From Gemmatimonadota bacterium (GTDB lineage Bacteria > Gemmatimonadota > Gemmatimonadetes > Gemmatimonadales > GWC2-71-9): a stretch of DNA of 64,000 nt. Position 1 is the first letter of the stretch; each line of letters opens with the position of its first letter. Of the stretch, positions 9,201-18,301 are shown piece after piece. The stretch spans positions 96,001 to 160,000 of the forward strand of contig JBDHAB010000001.1 in NCBI GenBank assembly GCA_039588295.1, read 5' to 3'. The notes below the pieces were generated by a model. The model did no database searches. It was not told the origin of the DNA and saw nothing but the letters and a program-made list of their open reading frames with translations. The translations under genes and the position numbers were made by a program.

Positions 9201-9556
9201 GACTGGTCGTCGCCCGCCAACGGCCCGAAACCGCTCGTGGCTACACCTTCGTCCTCCTGGAAGATGAGGCCGGAATGATGAACGCGATCGTGCGTCCACA
9301 AGTCTATGAGCGCGATCGTCTCGCGATTCGTGGCGAGCCGTTTCTATGGATTCTCGGCACGCTGGCGAAGGACGATGGAACATTAAACATCATCGCGGAG
9401 GAGGTGCGACCCTTGACACTGACACCACGCAGTGATGGTGCACTTCCTTCCCCCTTCTCCCTTCCCGCTTCCCCCTCACACGCAACCAGTCGCTCTCCGT
9501 ACGGTTTCCTCAAGCAGCTCCGCCGCACTGCACCTGATTCCAAGAACTGGCGCTAG
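6236..9556 (+). CDS. dnaE2: Error-prone DNA polymerase III alpha (DnaE2)
   Basis: PHP domain ELHCHSAFSFLDG, GRGS, PDIDLDF, FGFPKSHA, OB fold; C-terminal DSKNWR is a variant of the DnaE2 SRDF motif. Confidence 0.95.
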   Translation: MYVELHCHSAFSFLDGASLPEQLVLEAGTKGYPAIALTDHHGLYGSMAFAQAAKHIGLQAITGAELTLLNGSHVTLLAETPEGYANLCRLITEAHLDREDRRDPRLDLASVEAHHDGLLVLSGCRNGLLPRILRDEGLTAARRFAERCRAVFGQDRFFVELQRNAVRGDQSLTRTLAGIADDQGLSVVATGNVHYHRRERHRLHDALVAIRHRTSLDGSHGVRRPNSEFHLRLPREMAVLFRDRPDAIANTKVIAERCAAFDLTKDLGYNFPDFHGAQRQAAPRALAELCRVKLEELYPTGSVHRTEAEQRLEEELRLVAHHGLCGFFLVYHDLFELARDVAADVRQGTRRAMGNMLPGRGRGSSVSSIICYFLGLSHIDPVANRLFLGRFLNETLASVPDIDLDFPREIREELIRRVYRRYGDEYTGLVCSFPTYRLRSAVRELGKALDLPTGEIEQIARLASHHSADALREELPTLPGFADRVNAPLWRDLCDLAEEIAGLPRHISQHVGGMIISSRPLVEIVPLERSAMPDRVVCQWDKDSCDDARFIKIDFLALGMLSLVEECVELIAQKNDGAAPDLSRIDFDDGVVYDQICSGDTVGLFQIESRAQIQMIRRTRPRNLEDLSIEVAIVRPGPIVGGAVNPYVRRREAQRQARERGLPYDPPVDHPLLKEPLGETLGVIVYQDQVLQVCQAFAGFTAGQAEALRRAMSRRRSRELMEDFWGEFLDGARARGASEATARRVFEQVVAFSEFGFPKSHAAAFGLLAYQSAWLRYYHPVEYYTGLFNNQPMGFYSLDALGRDAARHEVDVHLPNINKSDVYCVVEDGSIRVGLGFIRDCGWDVAEEVVRERARNGPFRSLGNLVRRAPSKLSRDVIENLVWVGGCDDFGLTRRELLWQVGLWLPPKTQRPERTRVRRQLELPLTHPYEDLRFDTVAADERLVAEYQVLGFAPSGHPFMVLRDTLPSGVVRSDALDRLDHGAELQVAGLVVARQRPETARGYTFVLLEDEAGMMNAIVRPQVYERDRLAIRGEPFLWILGTLAKDDGTLNIIAEEVRPLTLTPRSDGALPSPFSLPASPSHATSRSPYGFLKQLRRTAPDSKNWR
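9447..9474 (+). repeat. Heptamer tandem repeat (CTTCYCS x4) inside dnaE2
   Basis: CTTCCCC CTTCTCC CTTCCCG CTTCCCC. Confidence 0.6.
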
Positions 9557-10182
9557 CCTCGCGGCCGAGCCACCTTCGCATGCTCACGCACATGCGCCCG
9601 TACATCGATGCCAACCTTGAGCACCACCAGCAAGAACAGCCCAAGCACCGGCGAGTTGAGCGCCATGACGAGAAACCCACCGCCGATGATGACGAGATGG
9701 AGCACCACGACTCGACTATACGGACGGTGCATCAGCTGCTGGAGCGTCACACGGCGATACTCCTGTCCGGCCACGTAGTTCGACACGAAGGAAAATCCGT
9801 GACTCGCAGCGAGGGCGAGCGCCGGAAGCACGAGCTTCAGTTGAACGAGCGCGTCGACGACGGTCACGACGGACGGAAAACCCGTTATCGGAAACTGGCC
9901 ACCACCGAACAGCATGAAGACAAATACCCCGTGTCCAGCCGTGAACAGACCGTAGTGCAGAATGAAGAACGGAATCGTGAAGATCTTGAGAATCAACCCA
10001 CCTTCGTCGTCCGGCTGCACCCATACCATTCGCAAGACGTTGAAAACGCCGACGATCACGTTTTCGAGCCAGAACAGCAGCAGGATGGGGAAGACTTCCC
10101 AGCCGAGAAGCACCACACCGCCCAGCGGGATCAGATTGGCCAGCACCAGCGCGACGGCTGACGGGGTGAGCCGCACGGACAC
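9553..10182 (-). CDS. DUF6498-like membrane protein
   Basis: LVLANLIPLGGV...FWLENVIVG...PFFILHYG...PYSRVVVLHL. Confidence 0.75.
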   Translation of the reverse strand: MSVRLTPSAVALVLANLIPLGGVVLLGWEVFPILLLFWLENVIVGVFNVLRMVWVQPDDEGGLILKIFTIPFFILHYGLFTAGHGVFVFMLFGGGQFPITGFPSVVTVVDALVQLKLVLPALALAASHGFSFVSNYVAGQEYRRVTLQQLMHRPYSRVVVLHLVIIGGGFLVMALNSPVLGLFLLVVLKVGIDVRAHVREHAKVARPRG

Positions 10183-10286
10183 GTGCTACGACACCAACAG
10201 GCTGAAGCAATGCGGGCGCAGACTCACCTGGTACGTGCTCATCCGCTCGGCCTGACTGCCATTGCACCTCTCAAGGCGGGGAGAAC

Positions 10287-11483
10287 CTACGCAGGTATGG
10301 TGAGCCCCTTGGTCTGCAGGATCCGCTCGATCGCCTCTCCGATCTTATTGTTCGGCGTGGAGGCTCCTGCGGTAATCCCTATGGCGCACATCTCGGGCGT
10401 GAGCCAATCACTGCGTTCGATCTCGTCGCCCGTATCGACTGGCTTGTAGCGAATCACGCCATGCTCGACGTCGATGCACGACGAATCGGCGATATGGTAG
10501 GTCATGACCTTCTTGGAGCAGATCCTCGCCAGATTGTTCGTGTTCGAGGAGTTGTACCCACCGATTACGATCATCGCATCCAGGGGTTCCTCGATGAGGG
10601 CGAGGATCGCGTCCTGACGCTCCTGCGTCGCAGAGCAAATCGTATCGAAGGTGCGGAAGTGGTCCGCGAGAGCGTCCTGCCCGTAACGTTCCGCCAATGC
10701 CTGGCCGATCCGCATGGCGATGTCCAACGACTCAGAGGCGAGCATGGTCGTTTGGTTGGCGAGTCCCACTCGCAACAAATCACGCTCGAAATCGAATCCT
10801 TCCGACACCTTGTGCCCAAACACCTCCCGCATCGACTCCACCCCGGCCCCACCACGGACAAACCGGCACAGGAGTTCGGCCTCATTCATGTCACGGACGA
10901 TCAAGTATTTCCCATCTTCATACTTCGTGACTTGGCTCGCCGTCGCCTTCGTCTCCTCGTGAAAGTGCTTGCCGTGCACGATCGCCGTATAGCCATCTCT
11001 GGCATAGCTCTCGACACGCTTCCACACGTTGAGCACGGATCCACACGTGGTATCGACCAGTACACATCCCGTTCCGCGCAGCCGCTCAAAATCAGATACG
11101 CGTACGCCGAACGCCGGGATGAGAACGACGTCTTCGGCCCGGATAGCGCTGAAGTCGAACTGCCCTTCTGCACCTGGCCGAAGGATCGTCACATCCATGC
11201 TCTGGAGTTTCTCATTCACGTGGGGATTGTGGATGATCTCCCCCACGAGAAACAGGCGGCGGTCCGGGAATTTCGTTCGACTCTCGTACGCATACTCCAC
11301 GGCGCGGTCGACACCGTAGCAGAACCCGAATTCCTTGGCCAGCCGGAAGGTGAGCTCGCCGACCTGCATGCGGCTTCCCTGCTCACGGATGCGGTCCACC
11401 AATTGGCTGTGGTAGTCCGCCGCCAGGCTGCCCTCAATTTCCCGCTTGAGGCCAAAACCTTTTCGGAAATAGGTCTGGTCCAT
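10287..11483 (-). CDS. ispH: 4-hydroxy-3-methylbut-2-enyl diphosphate reductase
   Basis: FGFCYGVDRA, IIHNP, DTTC, HEET, NQTT, DTICSATQERQ, SSNT, TAGASTP. Confidence 0.95.
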   Translation of the reverse strand: MDQTYFRKGFGLKREIEGSLAADYHSQLVDRIREQGSRMQVGELTFRLAKEFGFCYGVDRAVEYAYESRTKFPDRRLFLVGEIIHNPHVNEKLQSMDVTILRPGAEGQFDFSAIRAEDVVLIPAFGVRVSDFERLRGTGCVLVDTTCGSVLNVWKRVESYARDGYTAIVHGKHFHEETKATASQVTKYEDGKYLIVRDMNEAELLCRFVRGGAGVESMREVFGHKVSEGFDFERDLLRVGLANQTTMLASESLDIAMRIGQALAERYGQDALADHFRTFDTICSATQERQDAILALIEEPLDAMIVIGGYNSSNTNNLARICSKKVMTYHIADSSCIDVEHGVIRYKPVDTGDEIERSDWLTPEMCAIGITAGASTPNNKIGEAIERILQTKGLTIPA

Positions 11484-11506
11484 GGAGCTCGTAGTGTAGC
11501 TGGGCC

Positions 11507-12154
11507 CTAGGATTCGTCAGCGCTTGAGGTCGAATCGACGGCCTCGTACTGCTCCTTGACCGCCTGGCATTGCTCGTCGGGCAATCGCTCGATCCCAACG
11601 GCTTCGAACACGCCAGCCGTCATGGCTCGATCGTCCGAGGAAATCTCGCGAAGCGTAACGGCGTACCGCCCACTGATCCGCTCGCCGAACGCGTACACCT
11701 CCACGTCACCTTCCAACGCTTGGAACGCGTGCGCATTTGACGCTTTGAAGACCTGTACTCCCACTTGCGACGCCGGGGGCTGCGGGGGACCACTCTCCAC
11801 AATGGCCACCGGATACCGAGTCACTCGCTCCTCCGCTGGGGGAAGCTGTAGCAGGACCAGCGTCCCGATGCCAGGCTGCTCGGCAACGAGCTCCAGCATC
11901 GCCGGGTCCTCGCAGATTCCGGCGCGTGCTTCCCACGCGCCGCCAAGTTCGTACAGACCGGCTGAGCGGGCGACCAAGCGCCCCCGTTGCGGATCCGGGT
12001 ATTCCGGCATGACGAGGCTGTCGTTTGCCTGCGGTTCCACCTCCTCGACCACCGGGCGCGGAGCCTCCGAGGTCGAGCCGCTGTCTCGGTCGCTGCAACC
12101 GGTCGCGACAATCGCAATGACGGACAGCGCCGCCGCACTCACCGCTGTTCTCAC
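11507..12154 (-). CDS. Hypothetical lipoprotein
   Basis: AGGAG 7 nt before a GTG at 12154; signal peptide with lipobox-like ATGC. Confidence 0.65.
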   Translation of the reverse strand: MRTAVSAAALSVIAIVATGCSDRDSGSTSEAPRPVVEEVEPQANDSLVMPEYPDPQRGRLVARSAGLYELGGAWEARAGICEDPAMLELVAEQPGIGTLVLLQLPPAEERVTRYPVAIVESGPPQPPASQVGVQVFKASNAHAFQALEGDVEVYAFGERISGRYAVTLREISSDDRAMTAGVFEAVGIERLPDEQCQAVKEQYEAVDSTSSADES

Positions 12155-12262
12155 GATGGGGCTCCTGTCTGAAGGCCGAGATGCTGCCGCCGCGGCTGGG
12201 ATGGCATGGTCAACATCGGACCACCGGACGTATGCATCGATCACGAACGGTTTGGGCTGCAT
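12155..12262 (-). pseudogene. Remnant of a hotdog-fold acyl-CoA thioesterase (YbgC/4HBT-like)
   Basis: MQPKPFVIDAYVRWSDVDHA matches the VRxxDxDxxG N-terminus, then similarity stops; TAGGTT 8 nt upstream of the ATG. Confidence 0.55.
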
Positions 12263-12281
12263 AGCGATGCAACCTAGGTAG

Positions 12282-14474
12282 TTACCGAGGCGCGCGAAAG
12301 AGCAGGTCGAACCGGATGTCGGAGGTGGGACGAACGCCCTTTGCCACGTTGAACCGGAGCAGTCCGTTCAACAGCGAAACACCGCCGCCCACGCCAATGA
12401 GTGGATCGGACGAGAAGGTGTCACCAATGTCGAAGAACACGACTGGCGCGAGGAGCCGTGACCGCACCACGGCTACGTCCAGTTGTGCGGACCAAAACTC
12501 CCGGCCCGTGCGCGTACCGTAGGTGTAGCCTCGGACCGTCTGCGGACCGCCGAGACGGAATCGCGTCTGCGGCAGGTCATCACCGCGCGCGGCACCTGCC
12601 CGCAGCTGTAGTGCACCGCCACGTCCGGCGACAGTGAAGGGCATTTCGATGGAGGCCCAACCGCGGATGCCCGTGAACCCGTCACCCGCCAGCAACTCGG
12701 CTCCTGGCGCAACTCGCACCACTCCGATCCGGTCGTCCCGCCGGACTACGCTGCGGAAGAACCACCCTTCAGCCACCGGAGGGTTCGGCTGGAAATCCCC
12801 ATCGCCCCAGAGATCTGCGATCGCGGCACCGGTCTCAACCCGCAGGCTGTCATGCCACTCATACGCCAACTGCAGCTCGACATTGCGGAGTAGCCCGTAG
12901 TTCCACAGGTGGGAGACCGACGCACCGGAGACGAGGTGGTAGTCTGCATCGTCGTGGCCGACGAAGAGTGCGTTGAGCGAATTCCCTATTCCCTGCCCTT
13001 GGGTCCACGCCTCTGCCTCGCGCACCGTCCGGTACGCCTTGACGTCAAAGCGTCCAACGGGTCCATCACGCCTCCATGTCACCGAGCCCGTCGGCCGCAG
13101 ATCCGACAGCCCAAACCTTCCGGATAGCAGAATGCTGGTGAACTTGATGCCGGGTCGAAGTTGGTACCCCAATCCGGCTGAAAGCCCCTGGACACGATTG
13201 AAGCGCAGGATCTGAGCCGCACTCTCCCAGGCAAGCCCGAAGCGTCTTCGCCCGGTCCACTCAGGCGGTAGCTCCTCCGTGAGCTCGCTCAGCTCAGCGA
13301 AGGTCTCCCGCAGCGTCCGCTCTTCATCCGGGTCGTGCGAGGTGTCGAGCTCCGTGTCCCATTGGAACGCACCAAGGCTGTCCGCCGGCGGTACTTCGAC
13401 CTCCCACCGACCGTCGCGCCACACGCCGGCACGGTAATAGCCGTATTGCCGCTGCTGGTCCCGGTCGATGTCGTCTTCCACGCTCGAACCCGCAGCCCGC
13501 AGGCGCACCTGTGAGCGACTACGTCTGGCGTCTGACAGGCTGTCCTCCAACTCCACGGCAAAGGTGATCTGCGGAGATTCGTTGATCTCGTAGTCGCTGA
13601 AGGTGGTAACAGCCCGCGCAGGAATCGCGAGGTTCACAAACCACGGAACCTCCGCCGTGACGGCGAGAAACTGGCGGTACGGCATCCAGTACAGTCGGTC
13701 GACCAACGCATACTCCACCATGGCCTCGACCGACAGGTAGCGATTCACCTCAGCGGACTCCCTTCGTGCGTCCGCGCTGTCATCGGGTGTCGGATCATCC
13801 GGTGTGTCCCACACGAAATCACCGAGGAATACCATGCTGAAACGGACTACATCCGCGCTCTCGGCGTCGATCCACATATCGCCGGCCACGAGCGACGGCC
13901 CGTACCTCTTGGGCTCAACCCGCATCCTGTAGGCCCGCACCGTACGATTGGGGACAACGATCTGTACCGAATCGGTGATAGCGAACTGGTAGTATTCCAG
14001 CGCCTCGTCAGCCAACGGGTGGAGCGCCGCATGCTCCGGTAACCCCATGACGCGCACACTGTCACCCAGAGCCCTCGGAATGAACCACGGTCGGTCCATG
14101 ACCAGGTGCCCTCGGAACTCGCTCTCCAACTCGCCTTCGACTCCGCGACCGAAACCCTGCAGCAGTCGTACGATCGGCGCTCGGGTTCGAGCGCCGCGGA
14201 CCGAAACCTTCAGATCATTCGGAGCGTGCCAGACGATGTCGGCCACTGACTCGTGTGCGAGGAGCGTCGTGAGACGCGCAAAGCGGCTGCGACCAGCGCT
14301 TGCATCCATTCGCGTCCGAACCGTGGCACGGTAGCTCCGAACGAGGGCATCTTGACGGATATGCCGCACGCGGGCGCGGGCGTAGAGCTCCGCCGTGGCA
14401 GCGTCGCGGAACGTGGTGGTGTCAGTCTGCTGCGGGACGAGAAGGAAGAGCGACGCTAGGAGGACCTGAACCAT
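12282..14474 (-). CDS. Large exported, probably outer-membrane beta-barrel protein
   Basis: Signal peptide; RFNRVQGLSAG; FRLGGPQTVRGY (Omp85-like VRGY); amphipathic C-terminal strands. Confidence 0.7.
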   Translation of the reverse strand: MVQVLLASLFLLVPQQTDTTTFRDAATAELYARARVRHIRQDALVRSYRATVRTRMDASAGRSRFARLTTLLAHESVADIVWHAPNDLKVSVRGARTRAPIVRLLQGFGRGVEGELESEFRGHLVMDRPWFIPRALGDSVRVMGLPEHAALHPLADEALEYYQFAITDSVQIVVPNRTVRAYRMRVEPKRYGPSLVAGDMWIDAESADVVRFSMVFLGDFVWDTPDDPTPDDSADARRESAEVNRYLSVEAMVEYALVDRLYWMPYRQFLAVTAEVPWFVNLAIPARAVTTFSDYEINESPQITFAVELEDSLSDARRSRSQVRLRAAGSSVEDDIDRDQQRQYGYYRAGVWRDGRWEVEVPPADSLGAFQWDTELDTSHDPDEERTLRETFAELSELTEELPPEWTGRRRFGLAWESAAQILRFNRVQGLSAGLGYQLRPGIKFTSILLSGRFGLSDLRPTGSVTWRRDGPVGRFDVKAYRTVREAEAWTQGQGIGNSLNALFVGHDDADYHLVSGASVSHLWNYGLLRNVELQLAYEWHDSLRVETGAAIADLWGDGDFQPNPPVAEGWFFRSVVRRDDRIGVVRVAPGAELLAGDGFTGIRGWASIEMPFTVAGRGGALQLRAGAARGDDLPQTRFRLGGPQTVRGYTYGTRTGREFWSAQLDVAVVRSRLLAPVVFFDIGDTFSSDPLIGVGGGVSLLNGLLRFNVAKGVRPTSDIRFDLLFRAPR

Positions 14475-14905
14475 CGGGCACGGTTGTCTCGGTCGAGGCC
14501 ATACGCGCGAAGTCGCCGCCAAAGCGTCGTGCGTGAGATACCGAGTTTGCGCGCGCTCTCGGTGAGCTTCCAGCCGGTCGATTCGAGGGTCTCGATGATG
14601 GCGTAACGCTCCCGCTCCGCCAGCGTACGGCCGTCGCCGTTTTCCGGAGAAGGCACGCGCACCATTTCGCAGATCTTGGACCCCCCGACCCAGATCGGCG
14701 CGATTCGCCCACCGACCCGCGCGAGTTTCGGGAGGACGGCTTCCGCCGACTTGCCGTCAACACCCGCCTCCTCCATCGCGGCGTGGCCGGCAGCGTTGGC
14801 GTAGACCACCCTCCCGGAAGGGTCAAACAGCACGACCCCCTCCGAAATGGTATCGAGCACCGCCTTGGTGAACGGTGAAAGCAGAGCGTCAACTCGCTGA
14901 GCCAT
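14456..14905 (-). CDS. PAS + Fis-type HTH regulator without an AAA+ domain
   Basis: VLDTISEGVVLFD...YANAA; TLAERERYAI...GWKLTESARKLGISRTTLWRRL. Confidence 0.85.
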   Translation of the reverse strand: MAQRVDALLSPFTKAVLDTISEGVVLFDPSGRVVYANAAGHAAMEEAGVDGKSAEAVLPKLARVGGRIAPIWVGGSKICEMVRVPSPENGDGRTLAERERYAIIETLESTGWKLTESARKLGISRTTLWRRLRAYGLDRDNRARWFRSS

Positions 14906-15038
14906 GGCCTTACAGTGTTCTACGCCGCGATTCGAGTTACAGTTTCAATCCGAACCCCGCCCAGAACCGGCAGGGTCGCTACCTCCCACTGGCCAGCTGG
15001 CCGGCCCGAGGACAATGGCCCTCGCGCAGCACAGCTTG

Positions 15039-15061
15039 TATACTTGGCTGTCTGGACAGTC
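15039..15061 (+). promoter_or_regulatory. -10 box and putative TetR operator
   Basis: TATACT 15039-15044 followed by GGCTGTC-TG-GACAGTC inverted repeat. Confidence 0.5.
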
Positions 15062-15073
15062 GGAGAAAGAGCA

Positions 15074-15664
15074 ATGGCTAAGAAGAGGACCGACCCCACC
15101 AGGTCACGCGAGTGGATTGCCAACGCTGCCCTCGGCCTCGTGCGCCGGCGGGGAGCGTCGGGCGTCACCGTCGGCGACGTAGCCGAGGCCGCTGGGTGCG
15201 CCAAGGGTCTCGTGCACTATCACTTCAAGACGAAGAAAGGGCTGTGGGAAGCGGTAGCGAACCAACTGGCAGACGAGCGTGAAGCAAAGTGGCAGGATGC
15301 GTTCCGTGCCCCGACCCCGCGGGACGCTATTCGCAAGAGCTGGGACTTGCTGGTCACAGAGTCAGCAGACGGGACCATGTTGGCCTGGACCTCGATGTTC
15401 GGCCCCGGTGCTATCTTGCCTGAACAGACAGTCAGCGAACGGATCACGGGGTTCTGCGCCCGGCTCGGCTCCGCAGCACAGGGCATGCTCCAGCAGCTCG
15501 GGATGCACGCCACAATTCCAGCTTCCGAGATCGGCTGGCTACTGGGCACGGTGGTTACGGGAGTCGGTTTCCAGCTGCTCGGCGGGGCCGACCAGGACGA
15601 ACTCGAGGGTGCCTACGCGGCCGCGTGGCTTGGGATCCTCTCGCTTACCGACGCGGCAGCCTAG
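15074..15664 (+). CDS. TetR/AcrR family regulator
   Basis: VTVGDVAEAAGCAKGLVHYHFKTKKGL. Confidence 0.9.
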   Translation: MAKKRTDPTRSREWIANAALGLVRRRGASGVTVGDVAEAAGCAKGLVHYHFKTKKGLWEAVANQLADEREAKWQDAFRAPTPRDAIRKSWDLLVTESADGTMLAWTSMFGPGAILPEQTVSERITGFCARLGSAAQGMLQQLGMHATIPASEIGWLLGTVVTGVGFQLLGGADQDELEGAYAAAWLGILSLTDAAA

Positions 15665-18216
15665 CGGCGCGAGCGCCGACCGCGCCGCTGCCCCCGGCGT
15701 TCAGACGGCAGCGCAAGCAGGGCCCTCTGTAGTTCTTCCAGCGTCGCAGCGCGCACGACCTCGCGCCGGCCGCGGAATACGCTGAAACGAAGTGGTCTGG
15801 GCACCGTTGGGAGGTCCGCCGCTCTAAGACGCCGGGCCTGCTTTTCCCGCAGGCGCAGGCGCGCCACACCGACACCCCGTTCGATGTCGTATGTGAGGGG
15901 CACGCGGTCTCCAAAGATGGCGGCAGAACTCGGCAGGGCATCGAGCCCCTCCCGCGCTCCCTGAGAAAGAATCCCCTCCACCCGGAGCTCGAGCGGCTGC
16001 TCCATGAAGGCGTCCCAGCTCCCCACCGCGGCGAGCTGCTCTTTGACAACGGACGCGACGCTGGCCGGACTCGCCTCCTTGAGGGTGCCCCCGGACCGTT
16101 TCCAATAGTCCACGAGTCGCGCGGCTGCTCTCGCCACGCTCTGCTGGTTCGGGTGGCTCGTCGCTCCCCGGACCAGCGCCTGCGTCAGCGCGTCGCGTGC
16201 CCGATCCGCCATCGTCTCGGGAAACTCCCCAATCAGCGGCTTTCGCTCGGTGTCGAGCACGAATCCGTAATACTCGGTGGCCTTCGCGACGAACAGTCCC
16301 TCCCGCCGACGCGCCACACGATACTCGACGGTAGGCTCACTGCGGCGTGCATAGCGCTTGATGAGCTGGAATGGGATTGTCGTTCCTTCCATCGCGCCAC
16401 GGGCTACCCCGAAGCGATCGGCGAAGTAGCGCACCGACCCCGCGATCGCACCGCGGGGCGTGCACACGGACGAGTCGGAAAGACGCACACGATCACCGTC
16501 GGCTGTCTCACCGTCGATGGTCAGGTCGAACGGCATGTTCCGAGCGAGCAGGTCCTGAAACTCACGCAGTACGGCGCGGTTTGCCTCGGGCAGGGATGCC
16601 GGTATGGGCAGTTCCAACGTGCGATACACAGACGCCATGCCGAGCGCGATGTCTTCGACCGCCTTCACCAATACTCCCCGCTCTTCCGCCCACCGGTCGA
16701 CGCCCTCGTTGAACAGGTGCCGAGGTAGTCCATACACCTCGCCGAGATATCCGCACAGATTCACGGCCTCGGCATACACGTTGTAGGCAGTGAGGTGATC
16801 GCTCTCCCAGACCATGAGGCCCGTGAGCTCGGGTTCGTCCCGAGTCATGCGGTGCAGCGAATCGGTGCTGGCGGCAACCGAGACAAACGGGACGAGTCCG
16901 GTCGGAGCGTGGACGAGCAATTCCGCCCACGGTCGATCGACCGGCATCGCCTCGACGTCACGACCGTATTTCGTCAGTCGCCCGCGTTCGACGATCCCCC
17001 GATCGGTGAGACGTCGCACCGCCGCTCCGTACGCGTGGAGGTCAAGCGGCACGGGCAGCTCCAGGTCGGCGAGATCGACTCCGATGGCAGCGGCTGTCAG
17101 CGCGACGCGCTCACTGTCCCCGGCCAGTTGAAACTCGGGTGGTCCCGGCTCGAGCGAGAAGAAATCGACGTCTCGATCGGAGAGGATGTAGACCTGGCCA
17201 TCGGGGACGCGCCCGTGCACTCGCCCTGCCATCTGCAGAATCTCATTGGGCCCGAGGTATTGCCGGGTGAGGACGTTCCGGCCCCCTTGCACCAGGTTGC
17301 TGTAACAGGCGTCGTAGATCACGACGGTATCCAAGCCGTGGATATTGAGCGCGGATTGCCCCGCCTGGGTCATCGCAAGCACGAACGGTCGCTCGGCAGT
17401 ACCCTCGAGGAACGGGCGGATCGCCCGAATCGGTTCGCCGCCGTGGTAGAACGACGCGTTCAGCCGCGGCCATTGGTCGGTCAGCACCCCCGCCGCCTCC
17501 TCCACCTCGGCCCTCGTCGGGAGAAACACAGCAACACCACGACGCTGCTTCAGCACGCGGCGCACGAACCGGTCATCGAAGAACTCGACCGGGGTCGCCC
17601 GTCTGGTCTCGACCGTTGCGCTGAGTGCCCGATCGAACGCGGTTGTTTCCAGCACCGTGGCCGAGTCCAGGTAGCGTTCGTAGAAACTCGGATCAACGGT
17701 GGCGGAGAGCCACACGAAGCGGCAGCCCACGCGCTTGCCCAACGCGAGACACAGCTCCAGCTCGGCGGATGTCTGGTGTATCTCGTCGACGACGAGCGTA
17801 TCCTGCGGGAGAATCAGATCGTCCTGGAACCAGCGTCGCGCAATGCCTGTGGTGACGATCACGACGTTCCAGCTCGGTGTCTCGGGTGTGGCCTCGCGCT
17901 CACGGTTCACCACGCCGACCTTGAGCGGTGCTCTGACGGTTTCTTCCGCGATCGGCCGGATGGCGAGTGTCTTACCCGTCCCTGTGCCGGCCACGACACC
18001 GAAACCCACGCCGCCAGCGGCCAGCTCGCGGATTTCGTGCCCGTGCTCGCGTTCCAACACCGTTTCGAGGTTGAGTTGGCAGGCTAGCTCGATCGTCTCA
18101 CATGCGGCCCGCGTCGGGGCAATGACCACAACGCGCCCGGTTGCTGGCTCCGCACGGCGATACGCGTCCGGATCCGGCGGGAGATAGTGATCGCGGATGT
18201 GGGCGTGTGGGCTCAT
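15661..18216 (-). CDS. DEAH-box (HrpB-like) helicase
   Basis: AGTGTGKT, DEIH, LSAT, FLPT, QMAGRVHGR; Arg-rich C-terminus. Confidence 0.85.
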   Translation of the reverse strand: MSPHAHIRDHYLPPDPDAYRRAEPATGRVVVIAPTRAACETIELACQLNLETVLEREHGHEIRELAAGGVGFGVVAGTGTGKTLAIRPIAEETVRAPLKVGVVNREREATPETPSWNVVIVTTGIARRWFQDDLILPQDTLVVDEIHQTSAELELCLALGKRVGCRFVWLSATVDPSFYERYLDSATVLETTAFDRALSATVETRRATPVEFFDDRFVRRVLKQRRGVAVFLPTRAEVEEAAGVLTDQWPRLNASFYHGGEPIRAIRPFLEGTAERPFVLAMTQAGQSALNIHGLDTVVIYDACYSNLVQGGRNVLTRQYLGPNEILQMAGRVHGRVPDGQVYILSDRDVDFFSLEPGPPEFQLAGDSERVALTAAAIGVDLADLELPVPLDLHAYGAAVRRLTDRGIVERGRLTKYGRDVEAMPVDRPWAELLVHAPTGLVPFVSVAASTDSLHRMTRDEPELTGLMVWESDHLTAYNVYAEAVNLCGYLGEVYGLPRHLFNEGVDRWAEERGVLVKAVEDIALGMASVYRTLELPIPASLPEANRAVLREFQDLLARNMPFDLTIDGETADGDRVRLSDSSVCTPRGAIAGSVRYFADRFGVARGAMEGTTIPFQLIKRYARRSEPTVEYRVARRREGLFVAKATEYYGFVLDTERKPLIGEFPETMADRARDALTQALVRGATSHPNQQSVARAAARLVDYWKRSGGTLKEASPASVASVVKEQLAAVGSWDAFMEQPLELRVEGILSQGAREGLDALPSSAAIFGDRVPLTYDIERGVGVARLRLREKQARRLRAADLPTVPRPLRFSVFRGRREVVRAATLEELQRALLALPSERRGQRRGRRSRR

Positions 18217-18301
18217 GCGAGGCGGCCGACCCGCACGGGGTCGGGCTGGGAGCTGCAGCGTAAGTGGTCCTCGGCGCCACGAGGCGGGGCGGAGGCAAAC
18301 G

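Noticed and set aside
10183..10286. Short minus-strand MSTYQVSLRP ORF resembling a RelE toxin N-terminus
   Set aside because: Only 18 codons; similarity too short to support
14942..14982. Single CRISPR-repeat-like sequence (minus strand GTAGCGACCC...GGATTGAAAC with a hairpin)
   Set aside because: One copy, 41 nt, no second repeat and no cas genes; it lies in a divergent promoter region. ATTGAAAC also occurs in two array spacers but without repeat-spacer structure
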